Notes under the pieces: model-generated
Seen by the model: only the letters and a program-made list of their open reading frames with translations
The model's database searches: none
Told to the model about the DNA's origin: nothing
DNA from: an uncultured bacterium
GTDB taxonomy: Bacteria > Margulisbacteria > WOR-1 > CAVSGV01
DNA length: 64,000 nucleotides
Reading direction: 5' to 3'
Assembly (NCBI GenBank): GCA_963768305.1
Contig: CAVYHE010000008.1
Coordinates: 129,576 to 193,575, forward strand
Translations under genes and position numbers: made by a program
Shown: positions 1-8,131 of the stretch, in pieces
Layout of the letters: every line of letters starts with the position of its first letter
Numbering within the stretch: position 1 is the first letter of the stretch

Positions 1-147
1 AAGATAGATCTTTTTATCGTTATAGCCCTTATCGCGGAATTCTTTCTCAAGTTCAGCTATAAAATACACTTTCTCTTCCCCCGAGAGCCCGTTAAAGGCG
101 TCAAAGAATGCTCGTATTTTTTCCTCGATTTTTGGCGTGTTTATCAT
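1..147 (-). CDS. hypothetical protein, N-terminal 49 codons only (gene runs off the left edge)
   Basis: Open frame from ATG at 147-145 down to position 1 (MINTPKIEEKIRAFFDAFNGLSGEEKVYFIAELEKEF...). Too short in-window for the ORF track. TATAAA lies 6 nt upstream of the ATG. Confidence 0.3.
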   Translation of the reverse strand, partial: MINTPKIEEKIRAFFDAFNGLSGEEKVYFIAELEKEFRDKGYNDKKIYL

Positions 148-231
148 AAAAAGTTTATATAGTTAAACTGTATTTTAACATATAACGGTAAAAGACAACA
201 CTTGTTTTTGCTTCTCCGAAAGCGTGATACG

Positions 232-240
232 TGCTATAAT
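232..240 (+). promoter_or_regulatory. extended -10 promoter element TGcTATAAT, 10 nt upstream of the DUF1015 ATG
   Basis: TG at 232-233 and TATAAT at 235-240, with the ATG at 251. No Shine-Dalgarno in between. Confidence 0.5.
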
Positions 241-250
241 AGCAAAACTT

Positions 251-1603
251 ATGGCTAAGATATTTCCCTTCAACGGGCTCATATATAATAAGGAAAAGGT
301 CGGGAAATTCTCAAAAGTGCTCATTCCTCCTTATGACGTCATATCAAAAGAAGATCAGGAAAAATATTACAAGTCCCACCCGTATAACTGCATAAGGCTG
401 ACGCTCGGAAAAGAATTCCCGGAGGACACCGAATATAATAATAAGTACTCCCGCGCCAGCAGCTTTTTCAATGCGTGGATTAAGAACGATATCCTGAAAA
501 AGGATGATGAAGAATCTGTCTATGCTTACGAGCAAAGGTTCTCTTATAAAGGGAAAAAATACGTCCGTCTGGGATTTATAAGCCTTTTCAAGCTGGAAGA
601 CATGGATACCGGAAAGATCTTCCCGCATGAGAACACTCTTCCAAAGCCGAAGGCGGACAGGCTGTCATTGATGGAAGCGACCGCGGCCAACTTTGAACCC
701 ATTTTCGCATTGTACGTTGATGAAGATGAAAAGATCCCCGGATTGATAAAAAAGAAGATAAAAAGAAAGCCGCTCGTTGAAGCAAGGGACATGTTCGGCA
801 TCCATAACAAGCTCTGGAAGATATCCGCAAAGGCCGTTATCAATAAAATAATGAAGGAAATGGCTGCCAAACAGGTCTTTATCGCCGACGGACACCACAG
901 GTATGAATCTTCCCTCAAATACAGGAATGAAATGAGGACAAAATCGCAAAAATCCATCGGGGACGAGCCTTACAATTTTATAATGACCTATTTTACGAAC
1001 ACCTTTGACAAAGGGCTGATAATTATGCCGATACACAGGCTCATTTTGAACCTGAACCTGAAACAAAAGATAAATCTGGAGAACCGGCTTCTGGACTGTT
1101 TCGAAATAAAGGATATAAAATTCTCCAAAAAGACCGAAGCTGCCGCGAGGAAAAAACTCCTGAAAGCCATGTCAAAGGCCGGCGAAGACGATCATTTTTT
1201 CGGGATGTACGTTCACGGCGAGAACAAATATTCTCTTTTGAAGCTGAAATATGAAAAGCTGGTAGATAAATACACCGGCGCCGACAAGCTGAAGGAATGG
1301 AAAAAACTGGACATAACCATCCTCCATTCGCTCATCATAAAAGATATTTTATGCATAACCGAACAGGACATAGAGGGGGAGAACGCGGTCAAATACGTTC
1401 ATAATGATGATCAGGCGTTCGATCTGGTAAAGGAAGGGAAATATCAGATAGCTTTTTTCCTGAACCCCACAAAGATAGAACAGGTCACCGCACTGGCTTC
1501 CAAATACGAAAAAATGCCGCAGAAGTCCACGTTCTTCTATCCGAAGCTGCTGACCGGGCTGGTAATGTACAAGATGATGCCGCCGGAAAAGTATTCGTTC
1601 TAA
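251..1603 (+). CDS. DUF1015 domain-containing protein
   Basis: The N-terminus MAKIFPFNGLIYN and the internal IADGHHRYES motif are typical of the DUF1015 family. I chose the ATG at 251 rather than the track start at 224. Confidence 0.8.
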   Translation: MAKIFPFNGLIYNKEKVGKFSKVLIPPYDVISKEDQEKYYKSHPYNCIRLTLGKEFPEDTEYNNKYSRASSFFNAWIKNDILKKDDEESVYAYEQRFSYKGKKYVRLGFISLFKLEDMDTGKIFPHENTLPKPKADRLSLMEATAANFEPIFALYVDEDEKIPGLIKKKIKRKPLVEARDMFGIHNKLWKISAKAVINKIMKEMAAKQVFIADGHHRYESSLKYRNEMRTKSQKSIGDEPYNFIMTYFTNTFDKGLIIMPIHRLILNLNLKQKINLENRLLDCFEIKDIKFSKKTEAAARKKLLKAMSKAGEDDHFFGMYVHGENKYSLLKLKYEKLVDKYTGADKLKEWKKLDITILHSLIIKDILCITEQDIEGENAVKYVHNDDQAFDLVKEGKYQIAFFLNPTKIEQVTALASKYEKMPQKSTFFYPKLLTGLVMYKMMPPEKYSF

Positions 1604-1620
1604 GGATCCGGAGAAAGAAG

Positions 1621-2208
1621 CTAGAATTGCTTCCCTATATTAAGGTCCCATTCCGCGATTGTTCCGCCGTCCTTGATATTGTTGATGGCGAATTTCGGGG
1701 TTAAAAAATAGTCCCAGATCATGAAATTCGGAGCGAACGCAATATAAGTGGCAGTTGCATGAGTATCATCATCGAAATATTGTTTTTTACCGTAACTATC
1801 CGTATAATTTATCGCATTTGTGATATACAAAGACGCCTACTCCCAAGTGGAACGTAAAATAGAGGTCTTTGGAAAAGATATATCTTAGCACGAGGCCGTA
1901 TTTTAAAATATTCAGATTCTGCTCAAGCTTGAAATTCGTGATCTGCTGCTCCACTTCTCCGCCCAAGCTGAAAATCCCCGTCGGGTAAAACATTTCTCCT
2001 CCTATGCTCACTCCAGTCCCCAGAGCCGCTCACAAGCCCCAGATGGAAAGACGAATCAAAAGGGAGATTGCCGCCCGAGAAAGTGGTGGCGGAAGCAAAG
2101 TTAAAAGGAAAAAATAAAAACGCAAAAATATATACGAAAATTAAAAATTTTGAATTTTGAATTGCAATTTTGCCTTTTGACTTTTACTTTTTGCCTTTGT
2201 TTTTTCAT
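1621..2208 (-). pseudogene. outer-membrane beta-barrel-like protein, frame broken at least twice
   Basis: An ATG at 2208 gives a K/Q-rich n-region. A signal-peptide-like IFAFLFFPFNFASATTFS follows in a second frame. Alternating beta-strand-like sequence continues in ORFs 1796-2011 and 1621-1830, ending ...DLNIGKQF with a C-terminal Phe as in OMPs. Confidence 0.4.
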
Positions 2209-3102
2209 GATTCGAACTTTTTGCCTGTCAGCTTCTCATAAGCTTCCAGATATTTTTCCCTGGTCTTGCTGACGACTTCATCGGGCAGCGGCGGCGCCGG
2301 CGGGTTCTTGTCCCATTTTATCGAGAGCAAATAATCCCTGACGAACTGTTTATCATAACTTTTTTGCGGCCCGCCTGCTTTGTAAATGTCCATCGGCCAG
2401 AATCGGGAGGAATCAGGCGTGAGCATCTCATCGATCAATATGATCTTCCCGCCGATCTCGCCGAATTCGAATTTCGTGTCCGCGATGATTATGCCTTTTG
2501 ATTCAGCGTGCTTGCACGCGGCCTTATATACCTCCAGTGTCTTGGTCTTCAAAATATCAGCTGTTTTCTCGCCGACTATCTTTCTCATGTCGGATTCCGT
2601 GATGTTTATGTCGTGGCCCGACGCTTCTTTCGTGGACGGCGTGAATATCGGCTGCGGCAGCTTGGATGATTCCTTGAGCCCGGCAGGAAGTTTTATGCCT
2701 GAAACAGAACCTTTCTGCTGATATTCCGCCCAGGCGGAGCCGGAAAGATATCCCCGCACGACGCATTCTATCTCGATAAGTTTCGCTTTCCTGCCGATAA
2801 CGGACCTTTTATCGAGCATTTCGGAATATTTCTGAAGCTCTTTCGGATATTTTTTCACGTCGGCAGTGACAACGTGGTTATCGATGATGTTCTTCGTGTG
2901 ATTGAACCAGAAAAGCGAGAGCATGTTCAATATTTTCCCTTTGTCGGGGATGGGGGTCGGGATAACGGAATCGAAAGCGGAGATGCGGTCGGTTGCAACT
3001 ATCAGAAGTTTGTCGCCAAGGTCGAAAACATCGCGCACTTTCCCTTTTTTGAACAGAGGGATGCCGGGAAGTTTTACATTGAGTGACCGCTTCGGAATTC
3101 AT
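2205..3102 (-). CDS. purC: phosphoribosylaminoimidazole-succinocarboxamide synthase (SAICAR synthetase)
   Basis: LIVATDRISAFD and overall PurC-like sequence in ORF 2205-3038. The conserved N-terminus KLPGIPLFKKGKVRDVF continues upstream in frame without a start codon. The ATG at 3102 is one base out of frame, so a 1-nt indel in the T4/A4 run at 3072-3075 is likely. Confidence 0.9.
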
Positions 3103-3113
3103 TTCAAAGAGAT

Positions 3114-3119
3114 ATTATA
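3114..3119 (-). promoter_or_regulatory. -10 box TATAAT, 11 nt upstream of the purC ATG (3102)
   Basis: The reverse complement of attata at 3114-3119 is TATAAT. No SD lies between it and the ATG. Confidence 0.4.
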
Positions 3120-3167
3120 GGATTTTTAAATGCAATTCAAGTAATACGTAAATTAATGCCGCAAGAT

Positions 3168-3800
3168 CTATCCTTTCGCTTTTATCGCGAACAGAGTATC
3201 GTCAACCTTAAAAATACTTTTAAAGCGATTTGAACTATAAATATTATTTAAAATGACGATCCTTGGCCCCATAAAACCGATATCATGGATAGCTATTGTG
3301 CCGCCGATCGATAAAAATGGCTCCCATAGGTCAAAATCTTTTTTAACATGTTCATATTCATGCCTTCCGTCTATCCACAGCATCCTTATTTTAGAGCTCC
3401 ATTTTTCAGCGGCTTTAAATGAAGTCGTCGGCAAAAGCTTAACATTCTCATTTAAGCCCGCATTTTTTATATTCCTTGAAAATATTTTCCTGCTGCCCGC
3501 CGATCTGAACAGAAACCTCGGCCTATCGGGAGTGCTGGTCCAGAAGTTCCTGTAAGGATCTATCGTGAACACTTTGCCGGCTCCGCGGTCCTTCACGCCC
3601 TGAGCCAGGCAAACGGTCGCCCTTCCTCGATAAGTACCTATTTCCACGATATCTCCCTTGCCCGCGCCGTATCTTGCGGCTAAATACAGAAAGCTCGCCT
3701 CTCTAGGCAAAAGAAAGCCGTCTATATTGGAAATGAGCCCGCTGATCTTCAGGGTTTCATGATCTGAGGGGATTATTTTATTGTTGAATATGCGCTTCAT
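3168..3800 (-). CDS. class I SAM-dependent methyltransferase
   Basis: Contains the glycine-rich SAM-binding stretch IVEIGTYRGRATVCLAQG. Small O-methyltransferase-like fold. Last gene of the rSAM operon, 26 nt after the maturase. Confidence 0.7.
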   Translation of the reverse strand: MKRIFNNKIIPSDHETLKISGLISNIDGFLLPREASFLYLAARYGAGKGDIVEIGTYRGRATVCLAQGVKDRGAGKVFTIDPYRNFWTSTPDRPRFLFRSAGSRKIFSRNIKNAGLNENVKLLPTTSFKAAEKWSSKIRMLWIDGRHEYEHVKKDFDLWEPFLSIGGTIAIHDIGFMGPRIVILNNIYSSNRFKSIFKVDDTLFAIKAKG

Positions 3801-3826
3801 TTTTGTATGATAACAAAACTGAACAT

Positions 3827-5218
3827 TTATTCAAAGAAGATATGTTTTTTTTCATCCAAATATTTCTCAATGGCTTTGACCGCCCCGGTTTTCTTCATAT
3901 ACAACACCGCGAAGAAATACGCCGCTTCTTTTATGAGGAATTGTTTCAATTCGCACAATAAAGGATCCGGTTTCAAGGATCCTCTTTGATAGGTTTCAAA
4001 TAAACACTCTCCTCCGCAGAGCTTTTTCGCCCAGCATTTTCCGCATTTTTCCAGAAAACCGTTCTTCTCCCCGGCTTTTTCAAGATAACCTGGCTTGAAT
4101 CCTTTATGTACGCTGCCCAAAGCGGTCTCCTTGGAACCGCCGAAAGAAGGACAAAGGAATATGGTTCCCTTATGGTCCACAAAGAATGACAGGTGTCCTG
4201 CCTCGCACCGCCTCATTTGTCCGGAATGCTTGAAAACCCTGAGCAAATATCTGCCAAAAAGATCTCCAGGATTTAGGATGGCGAACAGATAGTCGTAATT
4301 ATCCTTATAAATGATGGCTCCGAGAAGGATGTCCGTGAGATCGTGATATTCCTTTTTGACCTTTGCCAGCCTTGATCTTGTGATCTTATATCTCTTATCC
4401 ATCCCGCGGTAAGGCTTCATTATTACTTCCTTAAAACCTGAATGATACAGATATTCCAACCGTGGAACTAAAAAGGGACTATCGAATGTGTAAGTCACAT
4501 TCACGTTATCAAGCAACTTAATGGCATTTTCACGCCGTAAATTGGCCAGGCATTCACGCACGGCATAACTTGACCCTTTGCCCTGTTTATCATGCCTTAT
4601 CCGGTCGTTGATGATCGGAGGGCCGTCATAACTCAATGAGAAGCGCAAAATTCGATGGCATTTTCTATATAGATCTTTTATTTTGCGTATGACTTTTCTG
4701 TTGAACAAAGTGCAGTTGGATGTGAACCGCAGATAAATTCTCTTCCGCTTTTTATGGGTCAAGACATAGTTAGCAACCTGTTCTATCAGTTTGAAATTAA
4801 GCAGCGGCTCTCCTGTGCCGGTAAAGTCTATGTAAAGCTCTTTTACGTCGATAAATCGCTTTTTATAATGGTCAAAAAATAGATCGATGGCTTTTTTTGC
4901 GGTCTTGAACGACATCCTGCCGGGATGCAAATGCGTTCTTGCGGCAAAACAATAGCTGCAGGCAAGGTTGCAGCCGCTATAATTCTCAAGATTTATCGTT
5001 GCCACAAGATTTTTAGGCCCGGCTTTCGCGTTTGCCGGCTCAATGAGGGGAGTTTTGTTCTTTAAAATATCGGCTTTAACCGCGGATAACGAATCCGGCC
5101 CTTGAGGAATGAAATAGAAAGCGAGGTTATCCTGGTCAAAAAGGAATTGAAGGCCGCGATGTTTTATTTGATCAAGCATAATAAAATAACATGGCCAACC
5201 TCTGATCCAGCTGGCCAT
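3827..5218 (-). CDS. radical SAM/SPASM-domain maturase (peptide/protein-modifying type)
   Basis: CNLACSYC is CX3CX2C at Cys83/87/90. The C-terminal SPASM signature is CEAGHLSFFVDHKGTIFLC (C-x12-G-x4-C), then CGKCWAKKLCGGEC (CX2CX5CX3C), then a later Cys. A ~70-aa N-terminal extension precedes the rSAM core. Confidence 0.85.
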   Translation of the reverse strand: MASWIRGWPCYFIMLDQIKHRGLQFLFDQDNLAFYFIPQGPDSLSAVKADILKNKTPLIEPANAKAGPKNLVATINLENYSGCNLACSYCFAARTHLHPGRMSFKTAKKAIDLFFDHYKKRFIDVKELYIDFTGTGEPLLNFKLIEQVANYVLTHKKRKRIYLRFTSNCTLFNRKVIRKIKDLYRKCHRILRFSLSYDGPPIINDRIRHDKQGKGSSYAVRECLANLRRENAIKLLDNVNVTYTFDSPFLVPRLEYLYHSGFKEVIMKPYRGMDKRYKITRSRLAKVKKEYHDLTDILLGAIIYKDNYDYLFAILNPGDLFGRYLLRVFKHSGQMRRCEAGHLSFFVDHKGTIFLCPSFGGSKETALGSVHKGFKPGYLEKAGEKNGFLEKCGKCWAKKLCGGECLFETYQRGSLKPDPLLCELKQFLIKEAAYFFAVLYMKKTGAVKAIEKYLDEKKHIFFE

Positions 5219-5233
5219 GTTTTAATAGATCTA

Positions 5234-5686
5234 CTAGCAATAAATTCTGGAAATCCCTTTTCCTTCTGTTGAGCCAAGAATTACAAATGAATGATTTGGA
5301 CTTTGATCGAGCTGTCTCTTGACTATTTTAAGATCTCTTCCGCTTTCCGGATCAATAATATTGTAATTCCCTCTTCCTGCATGAGTTTCGTCCCTATATT
5401 GGATCAATGCCACAGCTTTTTTCCCAATAGCATCTCTTGAACCATCCTTTAGGGTGTATCCGCAAAGAATAGAAGAAATATAGTCGCTCAAATTAATACG
5501 GGATTTCTCCGAGAGCTTGCCTAATATTGCCTTCTGTTCAGGAGCGGACATATTCACGAAATCATATGCCTGATTCCCTATATAACCATCTCCCTTTTCT
5601 GCTTTAATGAATGCTGCTACGAATTTATCCGCCTTTGTCGAAATTTTAGTCTTCGTAGTGTCAGAAGATACTTTAGACATTTTCAT
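5234..5686 (-). CDS. paralog 1 of putative rSAM substrate family (150 aa, ends ...ILGSTEGKGISRIYC)
   Basis: GGAGG lies 9 nt upstream of the ATG. Paralogous to the next two ORFs, with an invariant C-terminal Cys. Confidence 0.7.
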   Translation of the reverse strand: MKMSKVSSDTTKTKISTKADKFVAAFIKAEKGDGYIGNQAYDFVNMSAPEQKAILGKLSEKSRINLSDYISSILCGYTLKDGSRDAIGKKAVALIQYRDETHAGRGNYNIIDPESGRDLKIVKRQLDQSPNHSFVILGSTEGKGISRIYC

Positions 5687-5727
5687 TTTATATCACCTCC
5701 CGGTAAGTTTTATTGTTTCCGGGCTTC

Positions 5728-6135
5728 TTAGCAGAATATTCGCGGGGATTTTTCCCCATAATATGATCCCAATAAAACATAGGAAAATCCCTCTGTTTGA
5801 TGCGTATAATATTCATTTTTCTTGCCTTGATGCCGATATACATCCTCCACTGTAAAATTCTTGAATTGAGGCTCTTCTCTATATTGGATCAATTGTTTTG
5901 CCTTGTCAGAAAGAGGCGTTTCCCTTAAGCGCGCCACCCGGGCCAAAGCATCGCTCAAAGCAAAACGATCGCAATCCGGATCGTTTAATACCGCCTTTTG
6001 CGCGGCATCGGACAACTTCAAAAAATCTTCAGCAAATTGATATGGGTTTATCCTGGTCGTTCGATTTTGATCGAACTGAATGTATGATTTTACGAATTTC
6101 TTTGCATCTGAAGCGGGGCTTACATCACCTGGCAT
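5728..6135 (-). CDS. paralog 2 of putative rSAM substrate family (135 aa, ends ...LLGSYYGEKSPRIFC)
   Basis: I chose the ATG at 6135 because the AGGAGG 8 nt upstream overlaps the GTG at 6144 used by the track. Shares SDKAKQLIxYxEEPQFKxFT with paralog 3. Confidence 0.7.
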   Translation of the reverse strand: MPGDVSPASDAKKFVKSYIQFDQNRTTRINPYQFAEDFLKLSDAAQKAVLNDPDCDRFALSDALARVARLRETPLSDKAKQLIQYREEPQFKNFTVEDVYRHQGKKNEYYTHQTEGFSYVLLGSYYGEKSPRIFC

Positions 6136-6175
6136 ATTGTTCACCTCCTGTTAAATTTTATTATTTCAAGGCTCC

Positions 6176-6571
6176 TTAGCAGAATACCCGCAAAACAGGC
6201 CCACCGTCTGTCCCCGATCCTAATATGATATGAGACATCCCGTATGTATGATATGGAAAATGCACAACCTTGCCATTTACCACTTTTTCCTGTTCTATTG
6301 TAAATCCTTTGAATTGAGGTTCTTCTTTATATTTGATCAATTGCTTCGCTTTGTCAGAACTGGGGCCCGTACCGCTATAGCAAAGCCAGCTTAATGAACT
6401 ACTCAACACAATGCGGGATTCTAGTGGAAGTTTGTCTAATACTGTTAATTGAACAACACTGGGTAAATTCACAAACGCTCTAGCATCGTCAACGCTCGGT
6501 TCACTATGGATCTTGTGCATCTTTACAAATTTCTGTGCTTCTGAGTTGATTTGTACGGGTGTAAGTGCCAT
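6176..6571 (-). CDS. paralog 3 of putative rSAM substrate family (131 aa, ends ...ILGSGTDGGPVLRVFC)
   Basis: GGGAGG lies 8 nt upstream of the ATG. This is the first gene after the promoter at 6644-6616. Confidence 0.7.
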   Translation of the reverse strand: MALTPVQINSEAQKFVKMHKIHSEPSVDDARAFVNLPSVVQLTVLDKLPLESRIVLSSSLSWLCYSGTGPSSDKAKQLIKYKEEPQFKGFTIEQEKVVNGKVVHFPYHTYGMSHIILGSGTDGGPVLRVFC

Positions 6572-6615
6572 TTTGTTCGCCTCCCGGTGGGTTTCATTGT
6601 TTCAAGAAACGCGTA

Positions 6616-6644
6616 ATTCTACCATATTTCAAGGCTTTTGTCAA
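6616..6644 (-). promoter_or_regulatory. sigma70-type promoter TTGACA-17 nt-TAGAAT for the paralog/rSAM operon
   Basis: On the minus strand, TTGACA is at 6644-6639, the 17-nt spacer at 6638-6622, and TAGAAT at 6621-6616. This is ~45 nt upstream of the ATG at 6571. Confidence 0.6.
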
Positions 6645-6662
6645 TTGCTTGCCGCCAAAGTC

Positions 6663-6679
6663 AAGCGCATCAAGCGCTT
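6663..6679 (-). terminator. short GC hairpin downstream of the GH8 gene (weak terminator candidate)
   Basis: AAGCGC-5 nt loop-GCGCTT. The T-rich tract is better on the plus strand (tcttttgg) than on the minus strand (gactttgg). Confidence 0.25.
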
Positions 6680-6741
6680 TCTTTTGGGGCTGTTAAAATG
6701 TTTTGGAGGATACAGTTGTCGCCGAAGCATTATGTCTGGGC

Positions 6742-8013
6742 CTATTTGCCGCCTTCCCCGTTCATGAAGAACAAAGAGAACCATATCCAGTTCTGGCCGT
6801 AATAATCACCGGGATCATTGCCCCAATATCCTTCTGTATGATATTCGCTTTGGATCTTGCTATATAATGCCTTTGCTCCTTCTTTATATCCTGACGCCCA
6901 AAAATAAGTCATGTAAACGCTAAGGGTTTGGAGAGTTTCGCTTCTCCAGTGCACTCTGCCGTCAATATTGTAGCCGGAGAATATCGTACCGTTCTTATTC
7001 AGCTCGCTCATGAAAAACTGGCACGGCGAGAGATCGGGATTAGCGCTTTTGCAGTCGCAGTAAGAATCCGCCGCCGCATCCGACGGGTCCAATTTATGCT
7101 GCAGCGCCATGAAGAAATGCGTGCGGAAAGCGTCGCCGCCCTGAAAATAGTCGTTCGGAGACCAGTTATGATCGTGGACTTTTTCCTGCGCGTCCACTGT
7201 TATCCAGTCCGGAACAAGATTTACCGATCCTTTTACGGCCTCATTTGATTCATTGTGCATTACTGCGGTTTCGGCTTTCCTTATGACCTCATAAGCCGGA
7301 GCGACCATGGATCTCCAGTCGTGATCGGTATCCGCTTCCGCGAACAGTTTTTCGTAATATGAAGGGCGAAAATAGGAAACGTTTATCCCGTTCGTCGGAA
7401 CTTTCGTTTTAGGATCTTGCGTATACATCTGGACATCGCTTCCGAGAAGGATCCTTTTCCCGTTGATGATCTTTGTTTCCTTGTTCCAGATATCATCAAG
7501 TAATGCGAGAGCTTCTTCTTTATAATTGATAACTCCGCCGCTTCCCCATTTCTTGTCCGCCCATAGCAATGCAGCTGCGATATCCTGATCGGCATCGGTC
7601 GCAGGATTAAGATGATCGCATGACAGCACGCCGCCTTTTTTACCGCCAACTGTCGGAAGGAATTGCCATGCAAAAAGATTATCTTTCTTTGAAGGTTCAA
7701 CCGGCTGCCATTTTTTTGAGTCGGCATTGTAGATGCCGGTGATATTCTTTCTCTGCATGTTCACTGAAGTCCAAGACCATATCTTGTCGAACGTGACTTT
7801 GTCGCCCATTAAAGCTGAGGCGCTCAATCTGTATGAAACTGCTTCGGAGAATGTGACTTTTTCAGTCGTGTCTCCGTCTTTATCAAGGTCGCTCTTATCT
7901 GGATCAGCTAAAGGCCTGCCGTCCTGAGCGATCATATTCCTGTTGTAATGATCGTAAGATCGCTTTAATATCGCGCTTATTGCCGGATCTTTTTGGACTC
8001 CAGTAACACCCAC
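6742..8013 (-). CDS. glycoside hydrolase family 8 (endoglucanase/chitosanase-type)
   Basis: ATDADQDIAAALLWADKKW fits the GH8 signature as I recall it (A-[ST]-D-[AG]-D-x2-[IM]-A-x-[SA]-[LIVM]-[LIVMG]-x-A-x3-[FW]). I chose the GTG at 8013, 8 nt after AAGGAGGG. No signal peptide is visible. Confidence 0.75.
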   Translation of the reverse strand: MGVTGVQKDPAISAILKRSYDHYNRNMIAQDGRPLADPDKSDLDKDGDTTEKVTFSEAVSYRLSASALMGDKVTFDKIWSWTSVNMQRKNITGIYNADSKKWQPVEPSKKDNLFAWQFLPTVGGKKGGVLSCDHLNPATDADQDIAAALLWADKKWGSGGVINYKEEALALLDDIWNKETKIINGKRILLGSDVQMYTQDPKTKVPTNGINVSYFRPSYYEKLFAEADTDHDWRSMVAPAYEVIRKAETAVMHNESNEAVKGSVNLVPDWITVDAQEKVHDHNWSPNDYFQGGDAFRTHFFMALQHKLDPSDAAADSYCDCKSANPDLSPCQFFMSELNKNGTIFSGYNIDGRVHWRSETLQTLSVYMTYFWASGYKEGAKALYSKIQSEYHTEGYWGNDPGDYYGQNWIWFSLFFMNGEGGK

Positions 8014-8063
8014 CGCTATTATCCCTCCTTGAATTTTGCCGTTCTCTACCCTTCTATATATAT

Positions 8064-8092
8064 ATATCGTCAAATTTGAGATGAAATTTCAC
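8064..8092 (-). promoter_or_regulatory. GTGAAAT-N16-CGATAT motif copy 1 (alternative-sigma-like promoter) facing the GH8 gene
   Basis: On the minus strand, GTGAAAT is at 8092-8086, the 16-nt spacer at 8085-8070, and CGATAT at 8069-8064. Confidence 0.5.
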
Positions 8093-8112
8093 TTAACAAC
8101 AGACAGTATTAT

Positions 8113-8121
8113 TGCTATAAT
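8113..8121 (+). promoter_or_regulatory. extended -10 promoter TGcTATAAT (with TTAACA 17 nt upstream), 10 nt before the Zn-ribbon ATG
   Basis: TG at 8113-8114 and TATAAT at 8116-8121, with the ATG at 8132. No SD. Confidence 0.5.
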
Positions 8122-8131
8122 TTCTTTCCTT

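Noticed and set aside
344-1170. Minus-strand ORFs of 60-137 aa inside the DUF1015 gene. Many similar antisense or off-frame ORFs lie inside other long genes (for example 15355-15777, 16096-16626, 39931-40729, 47121-47666, 51764-52418, 52788-53606 and 60254-60946).
   Set aside because: They lie entirely within longer ORFs that have clear family signatures. They have low-complexity or Arg/Ser/Pro-rich translations typical of shadow frames, and they lack RBS or promoter context.
2101-2204. Low-complexity, repeat-looking DNA (ttgaattttgaattgcaattttgccttttgacttttac). A similar stretch lies at 26905-27000.
   Set aside because: On the coding strand both encode K/Q/N-rich n-regions followed by hydrophobic signal-peptide cores of secreted proteins. 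I did not treat them as tandem repeats or CRISPR-like arrays.
3827-5218. Interpreting the rSAM/SPASM enzyme as an anaerobic sulfatase-maturing enzyme.
   Set aside because: No sulfatase gene lies nearby, and none of the three adjacent small proteins contains a C/S-x-P/A-x-R sulfatase motif. The tandem paralogs with a shared C-terminal tail are a better candidate substrate.
6513-6767. An 84-aa plus-strand ORF spanning the promoter region of the paralog operon. A 77-aa minus-strand ORF at 35779-36012 was also considered.
   Set aside because: Both overlap better-supported features (promoter/terminator elements and the ends of real genes) and lack RBSs.
8064-8075. Reading the TTGACG embedded in motif copies at 8075-8070, 44676-44671 and 36921-36926 as an ordinary sigma70 -35 box.
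   Set aside because: No acceptable -10 hexamer lies 16-18 nt downstream of it in any copy, and five other copies of the motif lack TTGAC altogether. The conserved elements are GTGAAAT and CGATA.
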